Positions 42,786-53,560 of a stretch of 64,000 bases of DNA are shown here, in pieces (position 1 is the first letter of the stretch; the number at the start of each line of letters is the position of its first letter). The notes below the pieces were generated by a model. That model had not been told where the DNA came from. It was given only the letters and a program-made list of their open reading frames with translations, and did not search any database. The translations under genes were made by a program, and so were the position numbers. This stretch comes from Bacillota bacterium. Lineage in GTDB: Bacteria; Bacillota; Clostridia; Christensenellales; UBA1242. The stretch spans positions 7,013 to 71,012 of the forward strand of contig WRAS01000005.1 in the NCBI GenBank assembly GCA_009780065.1, given 5' to 3'.

Positions 42786-45700
42786 TTAACGTACCACAAC
42801 ATTGTCTATCGTTAAAATTGATTCCAATTCGCTTATTAGCCCTTGGACATTGCGAACCTTTAGTGTGGGGCTGACTGCTTTTCCGGTTGCTGTGTTTCGG
42901 ATAACAATTTTCATGGTACCTTTGGCTTTGAACGATTCCAAGGTTCGCATGACATCGTCGTGCAACGATGTGTCTGACATATTGTATTTGAGGTAAAGAC
43001 AGGATTCTTCGCAAACAGGGGGTTCTTCCTTCTTTTTTGTGTCGTCCAGTTTTCCGTTAAGCGATTCAATAGAATCCGCAAGGATTATATTGGCCTCGCC
43101 ATCTCGGACAGATAATCGCCCATTAATTTTTATAACCGCATCTTTTTCCAGTAGGTTTTTGCATCTGTCATAGACCGCTGGGAAAATCATAATTTCGCAT
43201 ATACCATACAAATCTTCCACGGTTATTACTGCCATATCTTTGCGGGTTGCTTTGGTTTGCAGCCTTTTAACATCACTAATAATCCCACCCATTGTTATAA
43301 CCGCATTATGTTCGAATTCAGTGGGTTGTTCTGCGGGATTTTCTTCGTCTGTTTCTTTGGATATATGACGTGTATCAAAGTTTAAGTTTTCGAATACCTT
43401 GGAATAATCACTTAGGGGATGACCGCTTAGATAAATTCCTACGACCTCTTTTTCAAATTTTAACTTTGTACTTTCATCAAACTCGGGTACACGGGGCAGG
43501 GGAATTGCTGTGCTTTCATCCAATTTACCAATTCCAAACATACAAACTTGACCTGCGTCTGTGGCTTTTTTCTCGCTAGACACCAGTTTTACTATGGCGG
43601 GATATACCGCCATCAATTGACTGCGTTTACCCATTGAATCAAAAGCCCCACTGAAAATTAGACTTTCTAAACATCGTTTGTTCAGAGCCCCACCTTCTAC
43701 ACGATTGCAAAAGTCTTGAAAACTGCGAAATGGACCGCATTTAGTGCGCTCTTCTAAAATTGAATTTACAAGGGCTGTTCCTACGTTTTTTAGGGCACTT
43801 AGTCCAAAACGGATTGGTCGTTCGCCATTTTCGCCCTCTTCCACCGTAAAATATGTTTGGGATTTATTAATGTCTGGGGGCAGAACATTTGTTCCATTAT
43901 TTCGTACCGACACAATATAATACGTCATATCGTCCCACTTGTTTACGCGATTATTCAATACAGATGCCATGTAATATGGATAATAATGAAATTTCAAATA
44001 AGCCGTTTGATATGCGATATATGCGTAACATGCGGCATGAGATTTGTTAAATGCATAACCCGCAAATTTTGCCATTTTGTTAAATATTTTTGTTGCGATT
44101 TCTTTTGTAACGCCTTTTGAAATTGCGCCTTTTATCTTGGTTTTTTCGTCACCATAAATAAAAATTTCTTTTTGACGCGCCATTTCTTTTAAATCTTTTT
44201 TACCCATTGCACGACGCACCATGTCGGCTTGCCCCAGATTATATCCGCCCATAACACGAAAGATATCCATAACCTGTTCTTGGTAGACGATTTGGCCATA
44301 GGTATTACGCAAGATATCTGCAAGCAATGGGTGATCATATTTTGTAAGGGCAGGATTGTGCTTGTTCTTGCAATAGTCTGGGATCATATCCATGGGTCCT
44401 GGGCGGTACAGAGAAACCGCGGCAATAATATCCTCGATACAGTCCGGTTTTAAATCGCGCAAGAATCGTTTGAATCCCCCCGTTTCCATTTGGAATACCG
44501 CGTCTGTGTCACCTTCGCCCATCATTTTATATGCGTCTTGGTCATTATATTGAATTTTATAAAAGTCAAAGTCTGCACGTGCCAACGGGCATTTTTCAAA
44601 CGCGGACGGATTTTTTTTCTTGGCGGCACGCAATTGTTCGATGGTCATTTGAATATCGGTCAGGGTAATCAGTCCAAGAAAATCCATCTTCAGCATCCCA
44701 AGTTCCTCGCATTCCTTCATATCAAACTGGGTTGTTATATCCTCGCCGTTTCTTTGCAGGGGGGTTATGTTACCCACAATTTCCTTACATATAATAACTC
44801 CCGCCGCATGGGTAGAGCAGTTCCGTGGAAAACCTTCGACTTTGACTGCCATATCCACAATTTTCCGGACATGTTCATCATTTTGGTAGATTTCGATTAA
44901 CTCGCGGTTTCTTAGTTCATTTAACTTGTTCGTATCCTTAGTAAAGTCGTCAATAAGGCGTTCTTGTGTCCGTTCGTCCAAGTCCTTGAATCCGGGGTCC
45001 TTTTTTGGGTCCTGGATGTCTTTTAGATCAAATACATACGGTAACATAGGAGGGCGCATGGTTTGGGCAAATTGCATGGGTTTTGTTATTTTGTCGACGT
45101 CTTGGTATGGCATGTTGAATACACGGGCGATATCCTTGATCGCCGCTTTGGCGGCTAGCGTTCCAAAAGTTACGATTTGTGCAACATGGGCATCCCCATA
45201 TTTATTACGAACATATTCGATGACCTCTTCACGGCGGTTACAACAAAAATCCAAATCAAAGTCTGGCATATTGATACGCTCGCTGTGTAAAAATCTTTCA
45301 AACAGCAGGTTATATCTAAATGGATCCAGTTTTGTAATATTCAATGCGTACGCAATAATTGACCCCGCACCCGAACCACGGCCGGGGCCGACCGCAATAT
45401 CGTTGTCGTTTGCAAATTTCATAAAATCAGCCACAATTAAAAAGTAATCGATGAATCCATTGTCTGCGATAACACTGAACTCGTGTTCGTATCGTTTTTT
45501 AATATCGGGGGTGATTTTACCGTATCGTTCTTTTAAACCGTCTTCTATTTGGTTTCTGAAATATTGGACGTTGGTGCTGCCATCCGGTGTTTGGAACACA
45601 GGAATCAGTTGTTGTTCAAAAAACGGATTGGCATCACACTTCTCTGCGATTTTAATGGTATTAGAAAGAGCAGAGGGCGCAGTCTTGCCAAATAGTTTAT

Positions 45701-46442
45701 ACATCTCGTCATATGTTTTTACATAAAATTCTTCTGCAGGGAACTTTAGGCGATTAGGGTCATCGTAACTTTTCTTCATTTCTACGCACATTAATACGTC
45801 TTGTAGAAATGCATCTTCTTTGTTTATATAATGGACATCATTGGTTGCAACCAATTCGACACCAATATCACCCGCCAGTTTTATCAACAATGGATTAGAC
45901 AATGCATTGTCCGGATGCCCAAAGTCTTGGAGTTCAATATAAAAATCTTTCCCAAACATGGATTTTAAATCAAGGGCATACTTTTTGGCTTCGTCGTACA
46001 TACCCTTTAATAAATAATTTGGGATATGTCCGGCCAGACATCCGGATAGACAAATAAGGCCCTCGCTGTGTTTTTTTAAGAATTTGTAATCAATACGTGG
46101 CTTTGAATAAAAACCATCCCGCCAAGCGGCGGTATTAATTTTGCAAAGGTTCAAATAACCCACATTATTTTTTGCCAGCAACACCAAATGTCCACGATGT
46201 TCTTTGTGGTTGCGATTATTCATATCGTCCACGATATAAATTTCACAGCCAATAATCCCCTTTATCCCTTGTTTCTTGCATTCTTTGAAAAATTTGTAAA
46301 CACCATACATTGCGCCATGGTCGGATATGGCAACTGCGGGTGCACCATGTGCTTTGGCGGTTTTGACCAGTTTTGAAATACGTGCCGCCCCATCCAGCAA
46401 CGAATACTCGGTATGAACATGCAGATGCACAAATTGACTCAT
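42786..46442 (-). CDS. dnaE: DNA polymerase III alpha subunit (DnaE type)
   Basis: 1218 aa. MSQFVHLHVHTEYSLLDGAARISKLVKTAKAHGAPAVAISDHGAMYG is the PHP domain, followed by polymerase core motifs. Promoter GTGACA-17-TGT-TAAAAT ends 6 nt before the ATG. Confidence 0.95.
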   Translation of the reverse strand: MSQFVHLHVHTEYSLLDGAARISKLVKTAKAHGAPAVAISDHGAMYGVYKFFKECKKQGIKGIIGCEIYIVDDMNNRNHKEHRGHLVLLAKNNVGYLNLCKINTAAWRDGFYSKPRIDYKFLKKHSEGLICLSGCLAGHIPNYLLKGMYDEAKKYALDLKSMFGKDFYIELQDFGHPDNALSNPLLIKLAGDIGVELVATNDVHYINKEDAFLQDVLMCVEMKKSYDDPNRLKFPAEEFYVKTYDEMYKLFGKTAPSALSNTIKIAEKCDANPFFEQQLIPVFQTPDGSTNVQYFRNQIEDGLKERYGKITPDIKKRYEHEFSVIADNGFIDYFLIVADFMKFANDNDIAVGPGRGSGAGSIIAYALNITKLDPFRYNLLFERFLHSERINMPDFDLDFCCNRREEVIEYVRNKYGDAHVAQIVTFGTLAAKAAIKDIARVFNMPYQDVDKITKPMQFAQTMRPPMLPYVFDLKDIQDPKKDPGFKDLDERTQERLIDDFTKDTNKLNELRNRELIEIYQNDEHVRKIVDMAVKVEGFPRNCSTHAAGVIICKEIVGNITPLQRNGEDITTQFDMKECEELGMLKMDFLGLITLTDIQMTIEQLRAAKKKNPSAFEKCPLARADFDFYKIQYNDQDAYKMMGEGDTDAVFQMETGGFKRFLRDLKPDCIEDIIAAVSLYRPGPMDMIPDYCKNKHNPALTKYDHPLLADILRNTYGQIVYQEQVMDIFRVMGGYNLGQADMVRRAMGKKDLKEMARQKEIFIYGDEKTKIKGAISKGVTKEIATKIFNKMAKFAGYAFNKSHAACYAYIAYQTAYLKFHYYPYYMASVLNNRVNKWDDMTYYIVSVRNNGTNVLPPDINKSQTYFTVEEGENGERPIRFGLSALKNVGTALVNSILEERTKCGPFRSFQDFCNRVEGGALNKRCLESLIFSGAFDSMGKRSQLMAVYPAIVKLVSSEKKATDAGQVCMFGIGKLDESTAIPLPRVPEFDESTKLKFEKEVVGIYLSGHPLSDYSKVFENLNFDTRHISKETDEENPAEQPTEFEHNAVITMGGIISDVKRLQTKATRKDMAVITVEDLYGICEIMIFPAVYDRCKNLLEKDAVIKINGRLSVRDGEANIILADSIESLNGKLDDTKKKEEPPVCEESCLYLKYNMSDTSLHDDVMRTLESFKAKGTMKIVIRNTATGKAVSPTLKVRNVQGLISELESILTIDNVVVR

Positions 46443-46667
46443 TCAAATATTTTAACATGTTTGGATGTAATTGTCACGATAGTATGCCTATTGATTATGT
46501 TTTTCAAATTTGCTAGACTTGTTAATCATGGAAAAACAAACAGCGGCATCTTTCAAGAATAAAAAGTTCATTGTTGGAAGTGGAAATATCATCCATAAAT
46601 GAACTATGTGGGCTTTTGTATTTAAATTTACTTCTTGCACTCTTTAGTTTTATGATATAATATCCGC

Positions 46668-47558
46668 ATGGCTATACTTAAGGTAAAAAACTTATTCAAA
46701 CATTACAAAAATTCAAAATATATATCTACCCGAAACATAACATTCCAAGTTAATGAAGGTGAGATTTTTGGGTTTTTAGGAATCAATGGTGCGGGAAAGT
46801 CCACGACAATAAAGTGTATCACCGGAATCATTCCATTCTCGTCAGGCACCATAGAAATTTGCGGACACGATATAAACAGCGACGCATACAATGCAAAGCG
46901 TAATTTCGGTTTTGTTCCGGACAACCATGCGGTGTACGACAAATTAACGGGTAGTGAATATATCAACTACATGGCGGATATCTATAAGGTATCCAAAGAA
47001 GATCGTGCTGAAAGATTTTTGCACCTTGCAAAAATTTTTAACATGGAACATGCGATAAGTAACCAGATTATGAGTTATTCGCATGGGATGAAACAAAAGA
47101 TTTCCATTATTGGTGCATTGATTCATGCACCAAAACTTTGGATATTGGACGAGCCTATGGTGGGTCTTGATCCGCAGTCCATTTTTCAGGTAAAAAACTA
47201 CATGCGTGAATATGCAAAAGCAGGGAACAGTGTATTTTTTTCCAGCCATAACTTGGACACGGTGGAACGTCTTTGTGACCGTGCTATTATTGTCCATGGC
47301 GGCAGAGTTATTCGCGAAGTTGATTTAAACGAATACAGAAAAAGCGGCAGAAATTTGGAAGAAGAATTTATTGAACTAACCAAAAATGCGACAATAGAAC
47401 AAAACAAGCAGCGTGCTGAACTGAAGGTTAAAGAAGAAAAACTTGCAGAACAACATGGCAAGGTAAAGGCAAGCAAGATGATAATAAAGGAAATAATGGA
47501 CGAGGTTTCGGCCGAAATTCAAAATGTTTCTGAATATAAAAATCCAGAGGAAAATTAA
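46668..47558 (+). CDS. ABC transporter ATP-binding protein
   Basis: Walker A is GINGAGKST, the signature is YSHGMKQK and Walker B is LWILDEP. TGATATAAT (-10 at 46656-46661) lies 6 nt before the ATG. Confidence 0.9.
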   Translation: MAILKVKNLFKHYKNSKYISTRNITFQVNEGEIFGFLGINGAGKSTTIKCITGIIPFSSGTIEICGHDINSDAYNAKRNFGFVPDNHAVYDKLTGSEYINYMADIYKVSKEDRAERFLHLAKIFNMEHAISNQIMSYSHGMKQKISIIGALIHAPKLWILDEPMVGLDPQSIFQVKNYMREYAKAGNSVFFSSHNLDTVERLCDRAIIVHGGRVIREVDLNEYRKSGRNLEEEFIELTKNATIEQNKQRAELKVKEEKLAEQHGKVKASKMIIKEIMDEVSAEIQNVSEYKNPEEN

Positions 47559-49279
47559 TGAAAACTATTTGGACTTTGATAAAGTTACAATTCAAGGCGC
47601 GAGTTGCTCTTAAAAAACAACCAAGTTTACAAAAGAAAATCAAATTTGGAATAATCGTTGCTTCTTTGTTTGCGTTGTTTGGTTTGTTTGTATTTGTGTA
47701 CTGGTTGCTGGCAAACCAGTTTGTAAGTGATAATCCGCTTCTTGACCTGAGGCGTGAATTTTTAATATTTACGATATTGGGATTCCAGGTTCTGCAAACC
47801 GTATTTTTGATTCCCAATATGGTAAAAAGTTTAGATATCAATAACGAAAGGGAATTGTTACTTAAATTACCAATTACTCACAAGCAGATTTTTGCGTCTA
47901 AAATGATTACTGGTTATCTTGGTGAAATATTATTCGCGACAATAATTATGTTACCGATTCTTATTGCATATGGGCTGGCCAGTTCTATGAGTTGGGGATT
48001 TTATTTATTTGTTCCGATCATCTTGATTTTCTTGCCTGCGATACCATTTTTTATCTCCAGTTTGGTTTTGTATCCAGTTACAAAAGCGGTGCAATTTATG
48101 AAGAGTCGTGCCTTGTTAACTTCTGTCAGTTATTTGGTGGGTCTTGTTGTTGCAATATATCTGTATATGCAGGCAATCCATACCGTGATGGCAGGAATTA
48201 TGGACAGCGGGAACTTTAGATTGCAACTGGAAGATAATATATATCGGATACGAGAGGTCGGGCGAATGTTCTTCCCACAAGGTCTTTTTGCCAACATGGG
48301 CTCAGGTGAACCTCTGACCATATTATGGAGTTTCTTTGTATTGATTGGGATTTGCGGTGCATTATTGGCAATTTCTTATTTTATTGCGGGTGCGAACTAT
48401 AAAAAAACATATATGAACGAAACGTCGGGTGGATATCGTTCAATTTCACGTTCACATGTGTCTAATCCGCGTTCGCCGCTTTATGCCACATTTAAAAAAG
48501 ATACATTGAACATATTAAGAAGTTCTAACTATACATTTCAATTGTTGTTAATGGTTGTTATTACTCCGATGTTAGTTTTCTTTGTAAACCGAATCGCATT
48601 CTTTTCCAGTTACCAAGAATTCAGAAACATGGGCGAATTGGATCAGGCCGGAGGCATAGCCTTTGGGGTAAGTTTATTTGTATTGTTGATTTTGTTGCCA
48701 CTTGTTTCCAGTTTCGCGGCCAGCAACATTACGCGCGAAGGTCCAAATATTTATCACACAAAAATAATCCCGCAAAGTTATATTCGCCAATTGTTCGTCA
48801 AAATTGTTATTGTAATGATTCCAATTATATTGGCGGTTGTTGCCAGTGTATTGATGCTGAGAATACCTTTTCAGCCGGATATTCTTGCACCGCCCCAGTA
48901 TTTACATGGTTGGGATGTTTGGTATTTGTTATTGGTGGGCTTGTTTATGGCGGTTGGTTATGTTTGCATTGGAACCTATTTTGATTTACGTAATCCACTG
49001 TGTAACCAATTGGGGGACGGTGAACTGGTAAAACCTACAAAGCATGTAAACAATATTATGGGAATCGGAATTGTTATTGGTGCGGTTGTGGGAATATTGG
49101 CGATGATTGGTGGATTTGCAGATTTATTAACGTTTGCACCACAATGGATACGAACCATAGCAATTATGGGTGAACATATTAAAACTGTTTTCTTTGTATT
49201 TGCGGGGATATTTGCCGTGGTTTCAGTTTTATTGTTGGCGATAGATGGTGTAAGGCAATACAAAAAGTTGGAACAGTAG
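47558..49279 (+). CDS. Multi-pass ABC-exporter-type permease
   Basis: 573 aa, many TM helices. Its start is coupled to the ATPase gene (TAATG overlap). Confidence 0.7.
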   Translation: MKTIWTLIKLQFKARVALKKQPSLQKKIKFGIIVASLFALFGLFVFVYWLLANQFVSDNPLLDLRREFLIFTILGFQVLQTVFLIPNMVKSLDINNERELLLKLPITHKQIFASKMITGYLGEILFATIIMLPILIAYGLASSMSWGFYLFVPIILIFLPAIPFFISSLVLYPVTKAVQFMKSRALLTSVSYLVGLVVAIYLYMQAIHTVMAGIMDSGNFRLQLEDNIYRIREVGRMFFPQGLFANMGSGEPLTILWSFFVLIGICGALLAISYFIAGANYKKTYMNETSGGYRSISRSHVSNPRSPLYATFKKDTLNILRSSNYTFQLLLMVVITPMLVFFVNRIAFFSSYQEFRNMGELDQAGGIAFGVSLFVLLILLPLVSSFAASNITREGPNIYHTKIIPQSYIRQLFVKIVIVMIPIILAVVASVLMLRIPFQPDILAPPQYLHGWDVWYLLLVGLFMAVGYVCIGTYFDLRNPLCNQLGDGELVKPTKHVNNIMGIGIVIGAVVGILAMIGGFADLLTFAPQWIRTIAIMGEHIKTVFFVFAGIFAVVSVLLLAIDGVRQYKKLEQ

Positions 49280-49291
49280 GAAAGAGGTAGA

Positions 49292-49708
49292 ATGAAAAAA
49301 ATTATCCTGATATTAATATTAGTACTTCCGGTTATTATAACTTTGCTTGCATATATGATTGCGGGATTTGTTGGGCGTGAAATTATGTATGTCGGTGTTA
49401 CGGGTGTGCGGGTGAATCATAGTAGTGCAGAATATCAACGCATTTTCCAATTGGGAGAAATATATGATATCCATATGAGTGTTGGGGAAGAGTTGAATTT
49501 TGCAAACCTATTAATAGTAGAACCAGGCAGAGCCAGATTTTCACAACTTCATTTCGAAAAAGAGTTCCATGGCGGGGTAAATCAAAACGCAATAACAATT
49601 ACAAATGGGGTAATGAGTGCAGCAGAATTGACACCAGTTGGCCACATAATTGTGCGGGTAATGTATCAAACTACGACTCATTTCTCGTTATGGGTAGAAA
49701 TCCACTAG
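49292..49708 (+). CDS. Hypothetical membrane-anchored protein
   Basis: 138 aa. N-terminal KKIILILILVLPVIITLLAYMIAGF. SD AGAGG. Confidence 0.55.
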   Translation: MKKIILILILVLPVIITLLAYMIAGFVGREIMYVGVTGVRVNHSSAEYQRIFQLGEIYDIHMSVGEELNFANLLIVEPGRARFSQLHFEKEFHGGVNQNAITITNGVMSAAELTPVGHIIVRVMYQTTTHFSLWVEIH

Positions 49709-49883
49709 GTTTTAGTGGATTTAACGGGTAAATTTGGGACGAAATTCTTCCAAAGTGTTGACATAACACCTTTTGACCAAGTATTATAATAATGTAAAAG
49801 GGAAGCCCCTTTTTGATAATATAGACATATAAAATAAACTGGTTAATAACCATTTAGTAGAAATCTCAAGAGGTAAAAATAAA

Positions 49884-52235
49884 ATGAATAAAACAATGAA
49901 AAAAGTTACCATATGTTTGGTGGCGCTGGTTCTGATAATTACACCAATCATAATAATAATCGTAACTATGGGAGACTCTGGCGCCCAGCCGCAAGGCATC
50001 CATCTAGAAGGCCAGTCAACAAGGAACATCGCCTTTACAAACATGACAAACAGATACGCATTGCCACGCGTAATTAATTTACCAGAGGGCGCAACTGTGT
50101 CATGGGAAATTGTGACTATGGTTGATGAACAGGAAAACACAGGAATATTTGCACGGATCGTCGATGACACATACTTTAACCTTTTTCCAATCCCAGAATA
50201 TGAACGTGCAACAGTTGTATTCCGTGCGACAATAACTGGTTACCAATTAAATGAAATTTTGTATTTTACAGTCAACTTGCGTGATACAAAGGAAAATACC
50301 TTCTTAACACTGTTTTCTCCTAATCACCTTGGACCTCAATACCTTGTACAAGGTATTGCGAACGAGCGTATGTTTGGTCTTTGGGATCTTAACCCAGATT
50401 ACCAAATAACCGGACAAACATATAATCTGCCAACCCAAGCCGGCGAACGTGGAACATGGAACCCTGGTGTAGATAGATACGTAACATCCAGCAGTACAAT
50501 AAGACTGGCTTGGAGATATCGTGGTACACCACAGTTGGAATTTAGAATTTTGGACGAAGATAATAACTTGGTTCCTGGACAAGAGGACGGGGTTATCCGA
50601 ATAACACCACAAACCACAACGATTGGAAACATAACAAGGGAAGACACTGTATACGTTGAATTTCTTGGTGCGGGAACACGTACAGTGGAAATTCGTGGAC
50701 GCAGTGCAGGTACAACACCATGGACAGCATCATACAGATACACATTCAATATCGTGGATGGTGTTAACGCTTATGTTTTCGAAGACATCAAGATGATTGA
50801 AAAATTCTCACGTTTGGAATACATTATTTACGGTGTTCCTGGGCAAACGACCCCACTTGCAGATCCGCTTAATCCAACCACAGGGATTGCAAGATACTTT
50901 ACAAATACAGCGCTTAATGCAACAAACCCGCTTTTATCGCAACATTTTGTAAGACAAACAACATTCCAAGACAACCTAAGCGGACCTGGAACCCAATTTT
51001 TCCGCGAATTCTCTAGATGGGCACCAAGTTTTAGATACCAAGACATCGTTATCCGCGATAATATGCAAACATGGGAAGAGGGTACATGGTTCTTTGGAAG
51101 CGTATACGGGAACGGATTTCAATTAGACGCAACACCATATGGTAATAATGCAGCCAACCGCTGGAGAAACGTTTTCGGTACAACATGGCGTCATACAGGT
51201 ATGGAAAACGAATCTATGAGTAACCGACGTGGAAGTGGTTGGGGACACAAATTTGCGTTCTATCAACTTGCTAATGATTCTACAATCTGTAACATACAAC
51301 TGACTGGTCACGAAATTCCAGAAGGCAGAGGAACCCTTCTTAACGAATACCGCAACGTGAGTGTTCTTGGAACGGCTAATCTTGGTGGTGGACATTATGA
51401 TTTCCAAGTGGGAAATCGCCACACCAATGGTGTATTTGCGCCGGGAAGTTATTCAGCCAATTTGACAGTTCAGAACAGTATCATTGAAAAAGGTCTGATA
51501 TTAATCGGTGTATTTTCCCTGATAAATGCAGACAGTCCATTTCGAGTGGATACAACCGTGCTTCGTTATGCTGGATTCACCGCAATTGATGCTCGTGGTC
51601 CGACAGGTTCAGAAGGTGGTGTATATGTAAGAGCCAACAACGACAGAGGTCAAGTTCAAGGAATAAACCACAGATTCGGTAACTTTATCGTTGCAAGAAA
51701 TATCGTTGTGTACGAAATATCTACTGTTCCAGTAATTTTGGATGATACGGATGCGGCGACTCACTTTGTTTTGGAAGGTCAGCACAATTATTTCCTTACA
51801 TGGATACGTCTTGCGGATCTTGTATTCCCTGTGTTTAAATTACCTAACACACCAATGCATTATGTATTGCCTGTACCAAATGTTTCCCAAATTGCACAAA
51901 ACCTTATACGTGATGTTATTGGGCACCCAAATACCAATCCAACCTCATATTCGCACGTTGCATATTGGGAAGGGGCGCACATGTGGTTGAATATACCAAT
52001 TATGAACATTAATAATGGGGATTACGCGTTTATTTGTTTTGAAAATTCTAATCTTTACAGATCAAACTTTTACCAACTTGACGTTGGGCTTCCGCCTCCT
52101 ATTGATGCCCTTAATTTGGATGCACGACTTTACCATGCAGTCACGGGCAGTATAACCGTTCACAGACAGCGCGAAATATTCCAAGGTCCAGGCTTGAACC
52201 AAATTATTCGTGCTATGGATATTTCTAGACTTTAA
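49884..52235 (+). CDS. Large (783 aa) exported hypothetical protein
   Basis: N-terminal anchor KKVTICLVALVLIITPIIIIIV. No recognised motifs. Confidence 0.65.
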   Translation: MNKTMKKVTICLVALVLIITPIIIIIVTMGDSGAQPQGIHLEGQSTRNIAFTNMTNRYALPRVINLPEGATVSWEIVTMVDEQENTGIFARIVDDTYFNLFPIPEYERATVVFRATITGYQLNEILYFTVNLRDTKENTFLTLFSPNHLGPQYLVQGIANERMFGLWDLNPDYQITGQTYNLPTQAGERGTWNPGVDRYVTSSSTIRLAWRYRGTPQLEFRILDEDNNLVPGQEDGVIRITPQTTTIGNITREDTVYVEFLGAGTRTVEIRGRSAGTTPWTASYRYTFNIVDGVNAYVFEDIKMIEKFSRLEYIIYGVPGQTTPLADPLNPTTGIARYFTNTALNATNPLLSQHFVRQTTFQDNLSGPGTQFFREFSRWAPSFRYQDIVIRDNMQTWEEGTWFFGSVYGNGFQLDATPYGNNAANRWRNVFGTTWRHTGMENESMSNRRGSGWGHKFAFYQLANDSTICNIQLTGHEIPEGRGTLLNEYRNVSVLGTANLGGGHYDFQVGNRHTNGVFAPGSYSANLTVQNSIIEKGLILIGVFSLINADSPFRVDTTVLRYAGFTAIDARGPTGSEGGVYVRANNDRGQVQGINHRFGNFIVARNIVVYEISTVPVILDDTDAATHFVLEGQHNYFLTWIRLADLVFPVFKLPNTPMHYVLPVPNVSQIAQNLIRDVIGHPNTNPTSYSHVAYWEGAHMWLNIPIMNINNGDYAFICFENSNLYRSNFYQLDVGLPPPIDALNLDARLYHAVTGSITVHRQREIFQGPGLNQIIRAMDISRL

Positions 52236-52247
52236 TATTTTTGAAAT

Positions 52248-52272
52248 AAAACCTCGGTCTTCCGAGGTTTTT
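52248..52272 (+). terminator. Intrinsic terminator
   Basis: AACCTCGG-TCTT-CCGAGGTT plus T-run. Confidence 0.8.
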
Positions 52273-52309
52273 GCTTGCCATATTTTCAAAACATGGTATA
52301 TTACATGCT

Positions 52310-52813
52310 ATGGAATTAAGATTGGCAAGACAGGGCGAGTTGGAAACGTTGAAAAAACTGTACAAGGGTATTGTGGATCACCTACATGAAATTAAAGAAG
52401 TCAGGATCTGGTACGATGGCTATCCAATGAACATCTTGGGCGAAGATATGGACAAGAGACAACTGTACGTCGTCGAAGAGGACGGAAACCTTATCGGTGC
52501 GGTTGCACTTACAGATGATTTTACACACGAAATGCATTTCAATTGGAAAGTCAAAGGCAAGTCGATTTATATCAATCGTTTTGGTGTTTTTATGGATTAC
52601 AAAGGTAAAGGCTATGCAAGACCATTTATGAACAAAATAAAAGAATTTGCCGCCGAGAACAATTGTAAATCCGTGCGATTAATGGTCAATCACCATAATG
52701 CCCCTGCGATAGCAACATATGAAAAATCCGGTTTTATCTGGACAGGGGATCGATACGCACCACCGCTTTATCCAAATGAACTACTGCTTGGATACGAGGT
52801 TCCTTTGGAATAA
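52310..52813 (+). CDS. GNAT-family N-acetyltransferase
   Basis: INRFGVFMDYKGKGYARPFMNKIKEFA...YEKSGF. TGG-TATATT (-10 at 52297-52302) lies 7 nt before the ATG. Confidence 0.8.
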   Translation: MELRLARQGELETLKKLYKGIVDHLHEIKEVRIWYDGYPMNILGEDMDKRQLYVVEEDGNLIGAVALTDDFTHEMHFNWKVKGKSIYINRFGVFMDYKGKGYARPFMNKIKEFAAENNCKSVRLMVNHHNAPAIATYEKSGFIWTGDRYAPPLYPNELLLGYEVPLE

Positions 52814-52819
52814 TAAATG

Positions 52820-52846
52820 AAAAAACGCCAGTTCGGCGTTTTTATT
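52820..52846. terminator. Bidirectional terminator
   Basis: AAAAACGCC-AGTTC-GGCGTTTTT. Confidence 0.8.
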
Positions 52847-52849
52847 TTG

Positions 52850-53521
52850 TTAATTTATTGGATTTCCAGAATTTTCTAGTTGTTGTTCTAGTTGTTGAAT
52901 GCGCTTGTCGTTTTTGCTGAAAAATATGATCATAATTGGAATTATTAAAAATCCAATACCGCCTGCAAAATATAACAAGAAAAGCATAATCTTGTTTTTA
53001 TAACTTAATAACGTTGCCATAAAACCACCGACCAATGCAAATGACCAAAGGATTATCTGTGCCGCATATACAGATGTGGATATGTATGCGTCTCTGTTGT
53101 TTGCCTGAAAAGCCCTGTCCTCGGCAATAATGAACGGTGCCATAAATGCAAGTGCACACAGAAACAATAACTGGATCAAGATATTGTAAACAACCAACAT
53201 CCATGTCTTTTTGTACATTGAATAAATCGCAATAAAAACCAAAATGCAAAGAGCCAATCCAATAGCAATCAATGAAATCACCGCCATCCAAAAAATCTCA
53301 GGCATAGTTTGGGCAAGATTATCAAATTGAAACAACATCGTAATCGATGTAAAACCATTAAACGTCGTTGTGGTTCGGGTCTCACCAAAAGCAATCGAAG
53401 TAACCACAGTAGTGGTCGTGAAATTAAACATCAACAAAACAATAACCGAAACGCAAAGACCTAACCCAATCAATAAATTAATTCGTCTATCTTTGAACAT
53501 AATATTATTATACATGATCAA
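52850..53521 (-). CDS. Hypothetical multi-pass membrane protein
   Basis: 223 aa, about six hydrophobic helices. Confidence 0.6.
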   Translation of the reverse strand: MIMYNNIMFKDRRINLLIGLGLCVSVIVLLMFNFTTTTVVTSIAFGETRTTTTFNGFTSITMLFQFDNLAQTMPEIFWMAVISLIAIGLALCILVFIAIYSMYKKTWMLVVYNILIQLLFLCALAFMAPFIIAEDRAFQANNRDAYISTSVYAAQIILWSFALVGGFMATLLSYKNKIMLFLLYFAGGIGFLIIPIMIIFFSKNDKRIQQLEQQLENSGNPIN

Positions 53522-53560
53522 AGTATTTTAAACCAAATCATTAATGTGATATCATGAAAT

